64,000 bases of DNA. Origin: Eledone cirrhosa (lineage: Eukaryota). Under the pieces are notes generated by a model, which saw only the letters and a program-made list of their open reading frames with translations, was not told where the DNA came from and ran no database searches. The stretch's first letter is position 1. Each line of letters opens with the position of its first letter. The stretch lies in NCBI GenBank assembly GCA_964016885.1, contig OZ024740.1, positions 391,902,001 through 391,966,000 on the forward strand, written 5' to 3'. This document shows positions 25,243-40,058 of the stretch, one piece after another. The translations under genes and the position numbers were made by a program.

Positions 25243-27280
25243 GGAGGTGAGTTTTATTGTAGCACAATAAAGCAATGCAAATATCGGATAAGTAGCACTC
25301 TACAGTTTATAGGACTGGAGTATAAATAATATTAGATCAAAAGATGGTTAAAAGACTTCCAAGTATTTTATTATGCGCATTTCAAAAACAAATATCATCA
25401 TGGGATGATATCTGCGTTCTCATCAGATAAAAAAGGATACATGATATGAACCTTAAAAAACACTTGTGAGCAGTGAAGTTTTAAATCAACATATGAAAAA
25501 TAAAGTAAGATGGATATATGAGATTGGAAAAAAATGAGGGGTGGGGGTAGGAAAAGGTAAGGAAGAGGAAGAAAGAAAATAAAGGATGGTGGGGGATGAG
25601 TATAAGAAGGAAGGATGAGAGAGAAGGAGAAATGAGTGATAGAGAGAGAGAAATAGCCTTTACAACTGAGAAAACATTGTCTCACAGAGAGAAATTAAAA
25701 AACCGTTGTAAGATAATAGATAATTTAAAAAGATTTTGAAATTAAAAGTTAATGGATGTTGATGTTTATGATTGAAGAAAAAGGAATTAGGAATATTATT
25801 AAAGGTTTATATATTGAAGGGTTTAATAATATGTGCGAAAAATAGAATTTATTAATATGTATTATTAAAATAAAACTATTAATGATGTTAAGGATATAAT
25901 GTGAGAGAAGGAGAAGAATAAATGAATTATGAACTTAGAGGAATTAGTTAGGGTTTAAGTTTGTTTTTATGTATTGTAATATGTAAAAGTAAATAAGAGG
26001 TTTAAAACGAGCACGGAAGGAGAGAAGAAAAAAGAGAATTTAAGGAAGACAAAATATCTAACGTCAAAAAGTATATATGTTTACAAAAGTTTTCTAATGG
26101 TAATATTATTATATATTAAAAAATATATAGTTTCTATGGCCAATAATATGAGGAAAAATGGAAAAATGGAAAATGCTGTAGTGAGTAATAATATGAATTG
26201 AGAAGTAATTGGGAATTAAAAGTTACAGATTAAAGATTAGAAATTAAAAAAGAAAAAGGAAGAAAGGGAAAAGGGTAAAAAGAAGAAAGATAGGGGATCA
26301 CAACGGCATAGAGTGAGTAAATTGTATAATATAATATAATATAATATAATATACTGAAATAAGGTAGAAAGATGGGTATATTTGTAAAATATATAAAAGC
26401 CTTTGTGAAAAGAATATTTTAAACTAATTAGTTATTGAGATATTAGCTGTATACTTTATGGAATGTTCTATGGGATTTATGCAAGCAGAGCGAAAATAAA
26501 TCCGTACGTCTATTTATTATAGAATTAAAATTAGATATAATGGTAAATTTCTCGGCTAGGCAGAGATTACATGTTCTGGATAGGGAAGAATTCTGGTAAG
26601 GAAAGGCGTTGCAAACCTTCCTCCAAGAGATGTTATAGTTAATATTTTTGTCTTTTAAGGACCATATGAGTTCCGAGAGTGCCGTGTTAGTTCTTTTATG
26701 TTGGTATTTAAAAGACGATTTGTGATTATAAAATCTTGCTTTAAAGGAAGTGGAAGTGGAACCGAAATAGGTAAAAGAATTAGTACCAGTTATAATCTTA
26801 CATTCATACACTAAGTTTTTATCAAGACATTGGTTATTAAGAGGACATTTAGTTCTAACAGGGCAATTACAATTACGATTAGAGAAATTAACAAGTGACC
26901 TAGTATTATTTATAGAAGGAATTGGATTGGAGAAGTTATTTACGATAGAAACTATAGTTTCCTGATTTAGATTGGTATTATGAACATTCAACGAAGTTAC
27001 TTTTGACGTCGTATTTAAATTTACTGAATCTAGCCTACAGTTAACATTGACGTCGGGTATGCTACTGCTATTATTATGACGCTCAGTGTTGGATGGATGT
27101 AATTTATTACTTAATATTTTATTATTGTGTTTAGAGATGACGTTAGAGATGTTGGAAGTGGTGGAATAAGAGAATTTGATTGTATGTTTGTTAAAGATTT
27201 TACTATAGATATGCGAGGGAGAGAAGCATTTATCTAAGGCCCTAAAGAATAGTTTAGAAATATTATTAGTGATAGATAGA

Positions 27281-27467
27281 AGGGCGGTGGATTGGCAGTA
27301 TCGGTAGAGGGTCGGACGCCATGCTTTCCAGCATAGTTACGTCCCTTTACGATCTGAGTTCAAATCCCGCCGAGGTTGACTTTGCCTTTCATCCTTACGG
27401 GGTCGATAAAATAAAGTACCAGCAATGCACTGGGTAATTTCTGGCCTTGTGCCTAACGTAGAAACAA
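27281..27467 (+). mobile_element. SINE S1 inserted in the PLE-F ORF, with target-site duplication
   Basis: Full S1 sequence flanked by ttattagtgatagataga at 27263-27280 and 27468-27485. Confidence 0.9.
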
Positions 27468-27864
27468 TTATTAGTGATAGATAGAGAAAAAGGAGCATTA
27501 TACCAAATCATATTTTTGTATCTAGGTCTTTTATTTAAGTTATTGGAATGTTCATAATTAACTATTTTACTATAGTAAAATAGTTAATTATAAAATATTA
27601 ATAGTTAACATTGTAAGACAATGTTTTCTCAGTTGTAACGGCTATTTCTCTCTCTCTATCACTCATTTCTCCTCCTCTCTCATCCTTCCTTCTTATACTC
27701 CTCCTCCACCCTCCTTTATTTTCTTTCTTCCTCTTCCTTACCTTTTCCTACCCCCACCCATCATTTTTTCCCAATCTCATATATCCATCTTACTTTATTT
27801 TTCATATGTTGATTTAAAACTTCACTGCTCGCAAGTGTTTTTTAAGCTTCATATCATGTCTCCC

Positions 27865-27935
27865 TATTTTATCTGATGAGAACGCAGATATCATCCCATG
27901 ATGATATTTGTTTTTGAAATGCGCATAATAAAATA
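27865..27935 (+). ncRNA. Type-I hammerhead ribozyme, family F
   Basis: TATTTTAT-CTGATGA-gaac-GCAGATATCATC-ccat-GATGATATTTGT-tttt-GAAA-TGCGCA-TA-ATAAAATA; perfect 8 bp stem I, palindromic ATGCGCAT. Element-sense copy at 25364-25434 (-). Confidence 0.85.
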
Positions 27936-27962
27936 CTTGGAAGTCTTTTAACCATCTTTTGA

Positions 27963-28128
<166 letters not shown>

Positions 28129-29181
28129 TGTGTGTCGGTGTGTAAGTGAGCGTATGAGTGTCTCTCTGTGTGTGTTCCTATGTGTGTTTGTGTGTGATTG
28201 TTTGTATATATGCATATATGTAAGTATGTATGTATATATCAGGTAGGCATATTCCTTTCCAGTTGGCAGTATGGAGCATGTCATTGCTTTAGAATAGCGT
28301 ATATTCAAACTGTGAGCCATATGAAAGTACTCATTAAATAAATCTTGATGGCTGTGTGGTAAGTCCTCCTAAGGTTGTGAATCATATACTAATATCGTCA
28401 GTCCTTCTATAATCTAGACTTTGTAACACAGCAGTGATATCCCGACACATCGGGTTATTTGAAAGCTGATAAAGAAGTAATTAAGCGAATCTAATATTTT
28501 CTGTATCAATGATGAGTCCCACCCTGTGCATTTGTACAGCTAACAAGAACTTTTCAATGACTCTTACGTTAAACCTTTCAAAGATATCGCTATTTTGTAT
28601 AATGCCATCCCATTAAACGCTGTATGTTGAAGACAATTATCTCGTGTGAAATGTTTATACAGAGTTTATTTTCTTCATGTATAAGAACAACGCTTCATAT
28701 TCATATAATAATTTTGGGATAACTTCAGCAAAATAAATCAGAATCTTTCCTTTAAGTGAGACTTAGTGAACTTTTCAGGAGAGTTGCGGCACATTTCCAA
28801 ACGAAATGCTGGTTTATGCATGACTCCGGGTGATTTCGCTATCAATTCTAGTATCTGAGTTGCTGTAGAGACAAGATAGCAACACGAAATAACACTGTTT
28901 ATTGATTTAACATCGATTTTTGTTACATTGCTTGATTATGGAACATTTGAACTAGGCTAAAGAACAAATTAAATTTTTGTGACATTATTGGTGAGACCAA
29001 AAGCCATGTGCGAAAATCTATTTATAATATCTCGTATGTCATCCAATGTTTCAGTCGACCCGAGGCAATGGTAAAAGTCAGTTGGTCGATATGCCACGCA
29101 GTAGGACGAAACCTTATTTAACTACTCGGCCATACTTACACCCATATACATACAATATACACGCAGGCTTATATATATATA

Positions 29182-29261
<80 letters not shown>

Positions 29262-29264
<3 letters not shown>

Positions 29265-29450
29265 CGGATTCAATCGGGGGTAGCCACAGTAAATAAGGTA
29301 TTCAATACATTAGTAGAGTGTAAACATCAAGTTTAATATAGAAATGGTTTCTACAAGACTAAATCATTAGGAAAGCCCTTTCCTGGTGACTTCTTTCGAA
29401 TGTAACAGTTCTAGTCTTGTAGAAGCCATTTCTATACTAAACTTGATATA
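29262..29450. mobile_element. Short fold-back element stub between (GA)n and TA-rich DNA
   Basis: atcaagtttaatatagaaatggtttctacaagacta (29326-29361) inverted at 29412-29447. Confidence 0.5.
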
Positions 29451-29476
29451 CATATATAATATCTTCACTTTGTTCT

Positions 29477-29516
<40 letters not shown>

Positions 29517-29798
29517 TTATTTATTTATCGACGAAAGCTTCTTTAGCACAGTCGAACCTTCAGTGATCTTGGATATAATCTGAGGAATTGTCTTAGATGC
29601 TATCAGACAAAAATATTCCCAACTCCTGTTATTTGCAACTGCTATAGCCTTCTCATATACATAACATCTCGTAATAACATTTATTTCTTCCCGTCTAAAC
29701 ATCAGTTTATATATTTAAAATTACATAAAACAATACCGCTATACGTTTGCAACGAAACATGGAGGAAAATCGATTCTACATGCTACATAGAAATCCTA

Positions 29799-29868
<70 letters not shown>

Positions 29869-29873
29869 GGTGT

Positions 29874-29922
<49 letters not shown>

Positions 29923-29999
29923 TGTGTGTTTGTGTGCGTGCGTGTGTGTGTGGTGTATATATATAAGCATATATGTGTGTGTGTGTGTGTGTGCGTGCG

Positions 30000-30050
<51 letters not shown>

Positions 30051-30649
30051 GTGTGTGTATGTGTGTGTGTGTATGAATGCGTATGACTGTGTTGTTTGTC
30101 TGTGTGTCTGTGTGTATGAATAATTGAGTTGGTTTGAGGTATAGCATACATAAAAACAACATTTTATACAACTGTTTCTGATCAGTTCTTTAAAAATGAA
30201 GTTGTGTAACAAGTTGAAAAGATATATATATTAGAAAAAAGAATAGAATAAAGAAAATATAGAAAGCGATGTCTAATTACTTAAACAATGAAATCATTCA
30301 TCTAGAGTTTGTTTTCCGACGATACATGGCGAAATAACTATTCTGGAATCTGTACATGTTTATTCTTGCTTTTTCCGTGTTTGTTTCCTCTATCATTGAG
30401 ATATATTATGCTTAGATATCTTTCTACTTTCTTTGTTTTTTCTTGCTATTTTTTTTTTGTTCGTGGGTTTGTTTTTCTTCTTTTGTTATGAACTTGCTAA
30501 AACTACTATTACACAATTATGTCAGCGGGCAAATAATTAAAGTGCTAGTAATACTTTTATTGTTGTGGTTCTTGTACCAGCCTCTCGTCTCAAACTATTC
30601 TAGGAGAAAATCAATTCTAAAACCTCATCTCATATATCACTCTCTCGCT

Positions 30650-30659
30650 CTATCTATCC

Positions 30660-30755
<96 letters not shown>

Positions 30756-30800
30756 GTTATCCATATATCTACCTATCTACCTACCTACATGCCTACCTAC
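30650..30800. repeat. (CTAT)n/(CTAC)n microsatellite
   Basis: Tetranucleotide run. Confidence 0.95.
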
Positions 30801-31223
30801 CTATATATTTAACTAGCCATCACTCTCATTTTTTTTCTTTTACTATTAGTGTCTTGGTTTCTTTCTCTTCCCTTTTTCGCTCTATATCTTCTACTTATCG
30901 TTATTTCTCTCTATTTCTCGTCTTCTCTCTCTCTTTCTCATTTCTTCACTCTTCCTCTATTCCCCTTCTCTCCCTCACGATCCCATTTTTTTCTCTTCCC
31001 TCCATCCCTCTCTTTCTCCCTCATTCTCCCTCCCTTTTTCTGCTCTCTCTCTCTCTCTTTATCACTTGTAAAAATTTCATTTTTCTCTAGCTCATTCTCA
31101 TAATTCTTTCTTTTCTTGTCTTTCAATATCAATATTTTTCTCTCAGTCCTCTCCTTTTCTCTCTATGACACTTATTACCTTTTTGTATCTCTCTTCTCTC
31201 GTCTTATTATTTTACATTACTCT

Positions 31224-31447
31224 AGGGTGGGGGATTGGCAGTATCGGTAGAGGGTCGGACGCCATGCCTTGCAGCATAGAGTTACAGCCCTTTATGATCT
31301 GAGTTCAAATCCCGCCGAGGTTAACTTTGCCTTTCATCCTTACGGTGTCGATAAAATAAAGTAACAGTCATGCAGCTGGGGTCGATTTAATCGACTCTCC
31401 TTTCCCCAAAAACTGATGGTCTTGTGCCTATATAAGAAACCATTATT
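31224..31447 (+). mobile_element. SINE S1, long variant
   Basis: S1 head and core plus an extra ctggggtcgatttaatcgact segment before the tail. Confidence 0.85.
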
Positions 31448-31729
31448 TTACATTTCTCTCTTCCCTTCTTTCTCCTCCACACTTTCTCTTTGTATATTTC
31501 TCTATATTCTTTCATCCCTTCTTTTTTCATGCGTTCTCATTTATACATCTTTTTCTTTCGTATAGACTATATTTGTCTGTCTGTCTCGTTTCCTATTTTT
31601 CTCTCGCATTTCTTGCGGTAAAGTAAAGTAAAATTACACTAACATAGAAAATAGGTAGGCGTCGTCAAGTTGTCAAAAGCCAAGAGAAATTCTTCATTAG
31701 CAATTCCTGCTCAAACAAAACAGCTAAAC

Positions 31730-32056
31730 TAAACTAAAACCACGTGTAAGGCGTGAGCAAATGATTGTTTAGTGTCTTTGCCTGTGATACAAATATCGAC
31801 CCATGCGACAGGATGCCCAATTGGAAAAATGACGCAGCCATGTGCATTCTCGTGATGGAGGACATTGTAAGCAATGAGGGGTTGGGCCTCCGTCACTTCT
31901 GACGACGATCGTCTCAGCTGCTCGAACAACAGATATCCCGCTCTAAAAAAATCAATGTGCAAGTGACTGAGCATTTTAGAGATTATCAGGCGGGAATTGA
32001 ACTTGCGACCTTACGATTGTGAGTTGAACTCCCTAAGTAATAACCTACGCACCTTC
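31730..32056 (-). mobile_element. Probable tRNA-derived SINE (degenerate)
   Basis: Reverse complement of 31990-32056 gives gaaggtgcgtaggtt...gtcgcaagttcaattcccgcc, similar to the S2 head; body boundary uncertain. Confidence 0.45.
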
Positions 32057-32068
32057 TCATTGCTAGTA

Positions 32069-32250
32069 TGGCAGTATCGGTAGAGGGACGGATACCATGC
32101 TTTGCAGTAACGAGTTACGGCCCTTTACGGACTGAGTTCAAATCCCGCCGAGGTTAGCTTTGCCTTTCATTCTTACGGGGTCGATAAAATAAAGTACCAG
32201 TAATTTACTGGGTAATTGCTGGCCTTGTGCCAAAAGTAGAAACAATTATT
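32069..32250 (+). mobile_element. SINE S1
   Basis: tggcagtatcggtagagg...gagttcaaatcccgccgagg...agtagaaacaattatt. Confidence 0.85.
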
Positions 32251-32922
32251 ACTATGACCATATGTGGCTTTGAATTCTAGTATCCTCCCCTCTTCCTTTA
32301 TACGTATGCTACATGCTCGCTCTCAAACAACCCATTAGATCATCTGGATTATTGCACTTCAGCAGTTAAGCTGGTAGAAGCGTTCTACAAGCTTTCTACT
32401 AATCTATCAAATCAGTTTGGGTTCATTCAGTTCGACTTTTGAGTAATCTCTTTCTTTTATCTTTCTTCTCGGTGAAGATTAGTAAAAGCATCTCATGTTT
32501 GTCTCCTTATCTGTTCAGTATGACGTTTGCATCAACTCCGGATATTTTAGATTACATATCTCTCCATATATTTTATCTTTTTCTTTTCCTTTTCGATCAT
32601 GTTGCTTAATCAGTCGACATAACATTAATCGTTCATCTGTCGGTGATGCAGCAGTAAATCGCAGTAAAGAGAGATATTAGAAATTATTGGATTGAAAATA
32701 ATGTAATAGTAGCTACAAATTGGAAAATCTACAAACATACATGTAACAGTCATTGCAATAGATATAAATAACGATAAAATAAAGTAAACGCTGGTGTAAG
32801 ATGAAATACGTCAGTTTCAATACTTGAATAGAAACTTATGATTGGAGATTCTGACTGGACTGAGTCTAGTATTTAAAGCTGAAACATACAACGAAGCATA
32901 TTCTCTACAATACTCTCTCTCT

Positions 32923-32954
<32 letters not shown>

Positions 32955-33167
32955 ATTTATATATATTTACATACATATTCATTATTATAATGCACTGGGT
33001 AATTACTGGCCTTGTGCCTAACGTAGAAATAATTATTATGGCCAAGTAGTGAGTTTTGTTACCGTGGAGCTTCACCTGCGCATTCACAGGATCATCAGCT
33101 GTATTGAGTACTCTTTTCTCCGTCAAATATATAAGACTTTTTATACCTCTGTTTTGTCATTTCCTTG

Positions 33168-33218
<51 letters not shown>

Positions 33219-33222
<4 letters not shown>

Positions 33223-33369
33223 TTGGTCAGTCAATGATAAACATTGAGGACCAAATGAATAAACTGTGTAGACATAAAAGATACAGAAGCGAAGACCAAC
33301 CAAACAGTGAGTGTGTTCTGTTATTATTTCTGGCAATATTATTACAACAATATGACCCTCCCCAAGTAT

Positions 33370-33376
<7 letters not shown>
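33219..33376 (+). mobile_element. Non-autonomous PLE-B-related 3' stub
   Basis: Matches ~12248-12402 and ~36539-36696; ends atgaccctccccaagtataacaatat inside (TA)n. Confidence 0.85.
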
Positions 33377-33444
<68 letters not shown>

Positions 33445-33471
33445 ATATATATATATATATATATATCATAA

Positions 33472-33566
<95 letters not shown>

Positions 33567-33568
33567 CC

Positions 33569-33661
<93 letters not shown>

Positions 33662-34063
33662 GTGTGTGTATGTGTCTGCGTGCGTGTATGTCTAGGCGCA
33701 GGCATGACTATGTGGTTAAGAAGTTCGATTCTCCACCCCTTGGTTTCGAGTTCAGAAACTTTACTACCATTTTCTTTTCTTTTCCTTAGTTCTTCTATGT
33801 CTGTCTCCATAGTTTCTAAGTTTTCCTGCAAAATGAGATAACTTCAGTCTTTGTTATCGTTCTGTTATAATACTGAAATATTAAAGGACATAATTAATTA
33901 ATATTTGATCACTGCGCTGCTCTTCGTTTGTTATTTAAATAAAACAGAAATTGCTTTCACTTTGTTTATTTACTTCTTTGTTTTCTAAACAAATATATGT
34001 CGTTTATTATATTTTGCCTTGTTATAAAAACCAAAACTTGTATACACTCTTATAATGAACGAC

Positions 34064-34095
<32 letters not shown>

Positions 34096-34240
34096 AACCA
34101 AAGATCTTAGAATCGATTCGAGATCGATTAAACTGATTATACTCCTCATTTATGAAAATTAGCCTTGTGACTTGTCCTCAATTTTCATTATTTTATCTAT
34201 CTTTTATAACACCAGAAGGCACTGTGAATTGAAAATATAA

Positions 34241-34423
34241 CAACCTGCCAACCTCTAAAACTCCAAACGAGGAGTGCCACGAAAAAAAGTGCCTCCAAAA
34301 CGGGGAGAAATGAGGCAAAATGGGAGATATTACATAATAAAAACTATACACATTTTCACAAAAGAATACACCCTAAATTGGGTGGGAGATCTCCCCGTCA
34401 GACTAGGAGAGTTGACAGGTCTG
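34241..34423. mobile_element. Possible MITE
   Basis: Imperfect terminal inverted repeats acctgccaac.tct / agagttgacaggt. Confidence 0.4.
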
Positions 34424-34855
34424 CATAGCATTTGGTTTCAATACTCATTTGATATGGATTTATTTCAATTACGTTTAGAATTCTTTAGATATATTAATGA
34501 ACGTCCCACAATCGTATCCTTATCAGTTATAATTTTCTCACCTGTGCCCAAGAGAGAAATCTTCGTGGCTGACTTCCTATTTGAGTTGCTTAACTTACAT
34601 AGATAATACCCTTTCCTAAAGAGCAAGAGTTCAGTCATACGAGAATCATTTCTGCGGCGAAATCATTCAAATGTATTTCCACCGCTAAATGACTTGAGGA
34701 AGATATTATTTTAAGAATTTCCTATTTCTCCTCTAGAATACTTTACAACGCTTGTGTGGTTTATCGAAAAGTGCCAGATTCCTTGGAAGATAAGTGCTCA
34801 AATAATTTCTTTTAAAACCTTTTCTCTTCCTATTCTAGCGTAAAAGAATATATAC

Positions 34856-34889
<34 letters not shown>

Positions 34890-34897
<8 letters not shown>

Positions 34898-34946
34898 ATA
34901 CTTGGGGAGGGTCATATTGTTGTAATATTGCCAGAAATAATAACAG
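34890..34946 (-). mobile_element. Non-autonomous PLE-B-related 3' stub
   Basis: Reverse complement of ctgttattatttctggcaatattacaacaatatgaccctccccaagtataacaatat, within (TA)n. Confidence 0.8.
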
Positions 34947-35375
34947 TATATACTATATATATATATAACATATTTACATTTTGTCTTTTTAACACCACAC
35001 TCCTCACTGATTAACCTCGATATCACGTGATTGATTCTTTTGAATTTGCCACCGACCAAGTAGGCAGTGATTTTTTTCAATGTCTTGGAATTTAGTCCAC
35101 GCTTGCTTTTTTCCATCCACTGAATTATTTTTGTATAAGTTACCTGTGTCCACGCATCGCCAGGTAACTTAGCTGAGAACAGACTTCCTGATGACGAAAC
35201 GGCTTCTCCATGCTTTCCATTTGGAAACCATGTTTATTAACTTTCAGAAACTAATTAGTTTGAGTGAAATTTTAGTAAGTAAGATAATTTTTATAATTTT
35301 CTTATTTTACGTCTTTCATATAATTGTTCTGCATCCCCTTGCATTGAACCACAAAGTTACTTATTATTTTCCGTC

Positions 35376-36145
<770 letters not shown>

Positions 36146-36165
36146 TATATATATATATATATATA

Positions 36166-36786
36166 TATTGTTATACTTGGGGAGGGTCATATTTGTGCAA
36201 TATTGCCAGAATTAATAACAGAACACACTCACTGTTTGGTTGGTTTTCGCTTTTCGCTTCTGTGTCTTTTATATCGGTTAATTTTATTTTATTCGGTCCT
36301 CAATGTTGCGATTGACTGACCAACGGTCAAAAATACAGATACAATATAGACACAAACACATATATATAGTCTATCAAAGTTCTTTCGTTGCACATCTGCA
36401 ACATAAAGATGGCGTAGACATACAATGCAACGGGATGAAACAATAGCACCACTGACGATGTTGCAGATGTGCAACGAAAGAACTTTGATAAACTATATAT
36501 ATGTGTTTGTGTCTATATAGTATCTGTATTTTTGACCGTTGGTCAGTCAATGGCAACATTGAGGGCCGAATAAATTAAATTAACCGATATAAAAGACACA
36601 GAAACGAAAAGCGAAAACCAACCAAACAGTGAGTGTCTTCTGTTATTAATTTTGGCAATATTACACAAATATGACCCTCCCCAAGTATAACAATATTTGT
36701 TTCGACACACAATTTCATATCATGTCGTGATTAAGATGACAATATTTGTTTCGACACACGATTTCATATCAAAAACCTCGCAAACC
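36166..36786 (+). mobile_element. Non-autonomous PLE-B-related fold-back element with HHR
   Basis: ~36166-36403 inverted at ~36459-36696; HHR 36447-36490 (CTGACGA-T-GTTGCA-gatg-TGCAAC-GAAAGAACTTTGA); extension gtttcgacacacgatttcatatcaaaaacc resembles PLE-B codons FNTRF.IKNL. Confidence 0.85.
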
Positions 36787-36852
36787 TAATTCATTGCCGT
36801 TATATATATATATAACGAATTCATCGCCGTTATATATATATATAACGTATAA

Positions 36853-37026
36853 AGTATCGGTAGAGGGTCGGACGCCATGCTTTCCAACATAGTTACGTCC
36901 CTTTATGATCTGAGTTCAAATCCCACCGAGGTTGACTTTGCCTTTCATCCTTACGGCGTCGATAAAATAAAGTACCAGTAATGCACTGGGTAATTGCTGG
37001 CCTTGTGCCTAAAGTAGAAACAGTTA
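36853..37026 (+). mobile_element. SINE S1 (slightly 5'-truncated)
   Basis: S1 B-box, core and tail. Confidence 0.85.
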
Positions 37027-37178
37027 TATATATATATATATCAAAATAAAGATCCGAAGGCATGGTAATACTCCGTTTTACATCATCTAGCTGTTCCCAT
37101 AAATGGAACTGGAGATATACAAAAGCGTGGAGAACTTAATATTGGTCACAAAAATTTGACACAACCAATAATACACCT

Positions 37179-37225
<47 letters not shown>

Positions 37226-37229
37226 CATA

Positions 37230-38082
37230 CAGGGTGTCCATAAAGTATTTTTACTATTACAAAAGCAAATGAACAAACAAATATGTGAAAATTGTTACAA
37301 AATGAGGAGTAGATATTGAAGTGTTTTTTCATTAATTTAATTCACCTCTATAGGGGCACCATTAGTTGTAAAGATGGTACTCTATTTCTTGCCATGTTCG
37401 CTATAGCATAGCCTCATCAATGGTAGCAATGGCATCAACAGTGATCTTTTGCTTCAGATCAGTGATGTCCTGTATCTGTGTTCGATACGCGATATCTTTA
37501 ACATAACCCCATAGAAAGAAGTCAAGAGCAGTGATATCTGGTGAACGAGGTAGCTAGGGAATTGGGTCATCCCTTCCAATCTACCGGTCTGGAAATGTTT
37601 GATTTAGGAACCCACAAACATGCAGCTCCCAATGTGGTGGTGCACTATCTTCCTGAAAAATGATGGTTGGTTGAAGGTCATCTAGTTGTGGTGCCACATA
37701 TTCAGTCAAACGTTCAAGGTAAACATTTGCAGTAATTGATGTCTCGTTGAAGAAAAATGGACCAAGGATAAATTTCTTGTGCCATGCACGAATTGACGGA
37801 CGTGACGGTGGATCTCTTCCATACTTAGTCTGTAGTTTCGCTGAGTCTGCGTATTTGATTTTGTTTGAATAAACCATGACACACATTGTGCCTTTTCTTG
37901 AGGGGCAGCCATTTTTTAGGGATTCATTTAACAGTAACCTTTTCATCAACACGATATACACAAGTTCAATGTGATTAAAAACTTTGATAACTACTGAGTA
38001 CAGAGAACAAATCTGATTAAGATACCTCATCAATTGCCTTTTTAATATATTTTTATTGTAAAGGGACTTTATGGACACCCTG
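37230..38082 (-). mobile_element. Tc1/mariner-superfamily DNA transposon, internally deleted
   Basis: TIRs CAGGGTGTCCATAAAGT / ACTTTATGGACACCCTG with TA on each side; minus-strand remnants MAAPQEKAQCVSWF, PPSRPSIRAWHKKF, ILGPFFF, FQEDSAPPHW, LPRSPDITALDFFLWGYVK. Confidence 0.92.
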
Positions 38083-39649
38083 TATGTTATAATGATAATT
38101 TAAGGGTAAGAAATTGTCAATACATGTCTGTACAATTATATAAGCGCAATGACATAAGAAAATGTAAAAGTAAGTGGATTTACATACATAAATGTATTGG
38201 AGGAGCGATTCTTACCATCCATATTAATACATATATACGAGGAAATAATAGACCAAAATACAAAATATACTTATTTTTTCTTCAAAGTTCCGACTGCAGT
38301 TTCGCCGAATAAGTTTGCAACAATTTTCAAGTGACTCGCTGATTGTTGGGACGCTAGTTGAAGACTTTACATAATATAACTAGTGTTCTCTGTCCTCCTC
38401 TAAATTGTGCACAAAGGAAATTTTAAATTCAGCACTCCATACTAACGTTGCATTTATATAATATGCCTGCTAATCGCAGCAGGAAATCTCTTATTCACGG
38501 TATATCAAAACTGGTTGTCTGAACTAATGAGATTTAAACGCCACTGACTGATAGACAGGCAGCATATCTACTTGACTAGCTCCGATGCTCTAAATTTTCA
38601 AGCAGATCAGTAATAGATATCTTATTAATATGATAAATAATTCCGCTTGTATTGGAAGAGGGTTAGAAACGAACTAAATACCAAATAGCATTAGTAACAA
38701 AATCAGGTTTGCCATTCATTATGCCGGTATCGATTAAATAGTATTAGTCATATACTAGGATCAATCAATTGACTATACTATTTTTTAAAATATGTGGCTT
38801 TCTGCTCATTTGAAAATTATGCATATACAACGAATATACATATTGCTCTATATACATTGTTCATGACAGGTACTGACGAGGAGAAATGGTATGTTGCTTG
38901 TTATAAACATATCTTCTTTATTATCTTCATTAAGTGCTTTGCTTTTTAGATGCTATACTCGAAAAAAAATCAATAAATTATCTAAAAAAGTATATAATTA
39001 ACGGTAGATTATTTATAATGAAGGTCGTAATTAATTCAAAGCTAAGACGTCTAGTGCATATTTAATCAGAACTAGTTGCTTCGGGAACGTAAATTGACCG
39101 AGTAAATTTGTGCTGACAGTGTAAAAGAAATGACAGTTTGAAAAATCTATCCAGAATATAATAAAATCATTCGAATTCTCCCTCTCAGTGAAAATTATAA
39201 AGCTAATAAATATTTTATAATGAATATCCCTTTTAAAATCAAAGAAATGTTATTGAATTTATCCCGATGTGTATCATAAAGCAATAGCACGACTCTGAGT
39301 TACTGTTCCTTCTGCATAATAGCGACTAAGTGACGATGAGTTGTCGGAAAGCCTTTTTAGATGGTAATATATAAAAAGTATATGCAAAATCTGCAAACTA
39401 GAAGCAAGTATTTGAACATAAGTTATCATTATGCAACATCTCCTTTCTTTTAGATAAAGAAAGATTATTTAATATATCTGGTATCCAACTCTGGCAATTA
39501 AATCATCATAGAGATCTATAAAGTCATTATATCAATAAAGTTCTTTCAAGCTGAAATGGAAAGTATTCAACCAATCACACTGACCCACATTAATCATTCA
39601 AATTTAAACAAACTACCGTATCACATTATCAGTAAATATTATTATCAAT

Positions 39650-39755
39650 ACCGAGGTTAACTTTGCCTTTCATCCTTACGGGGCCGATAAAATAAAGTAC
39701 CAGTAATGTACTGGGTATTTGATGGCCTTGTGCCAAAAGTAGAAACAATTATTAT
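39650..39755 (+). mobile_element. SINE S1 3' half
   Basis: ccgaggttaactttgcctttcatcc...agtagaaacaattatt. Confidence 0.8.
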
Positions 39756-40058
39756 CAATACTTCTAACACAGAATATTTAATGAGTAATCAAAGATCAAA
39801 TCCATAACTTCAGGACATAACTTTTAAACACATGCATATCCATTAAATCAACACATAACATTCATTGAAATGTAATTATACGGATTGATTAAGGTGGAGT
39901 TTTATTCCTCTGCCAGGTATTGTAACACATGGCTGGTTAGTAATAGCTGCTAAATCTGGTAAGATGAACAGCTTCTTCATTATGAATTTTGAAGATTTCT
40001 TTAATATCATTATACTCTAGCGGAGATTCAAAACAATTTTCAAACATAAAGAAATCAT

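Noticed and set aside
28240-28900. Balanced-composition stretch that might be a decayed gene or transposase
   Set aside because: Frequent stops and no motif I can recognise.
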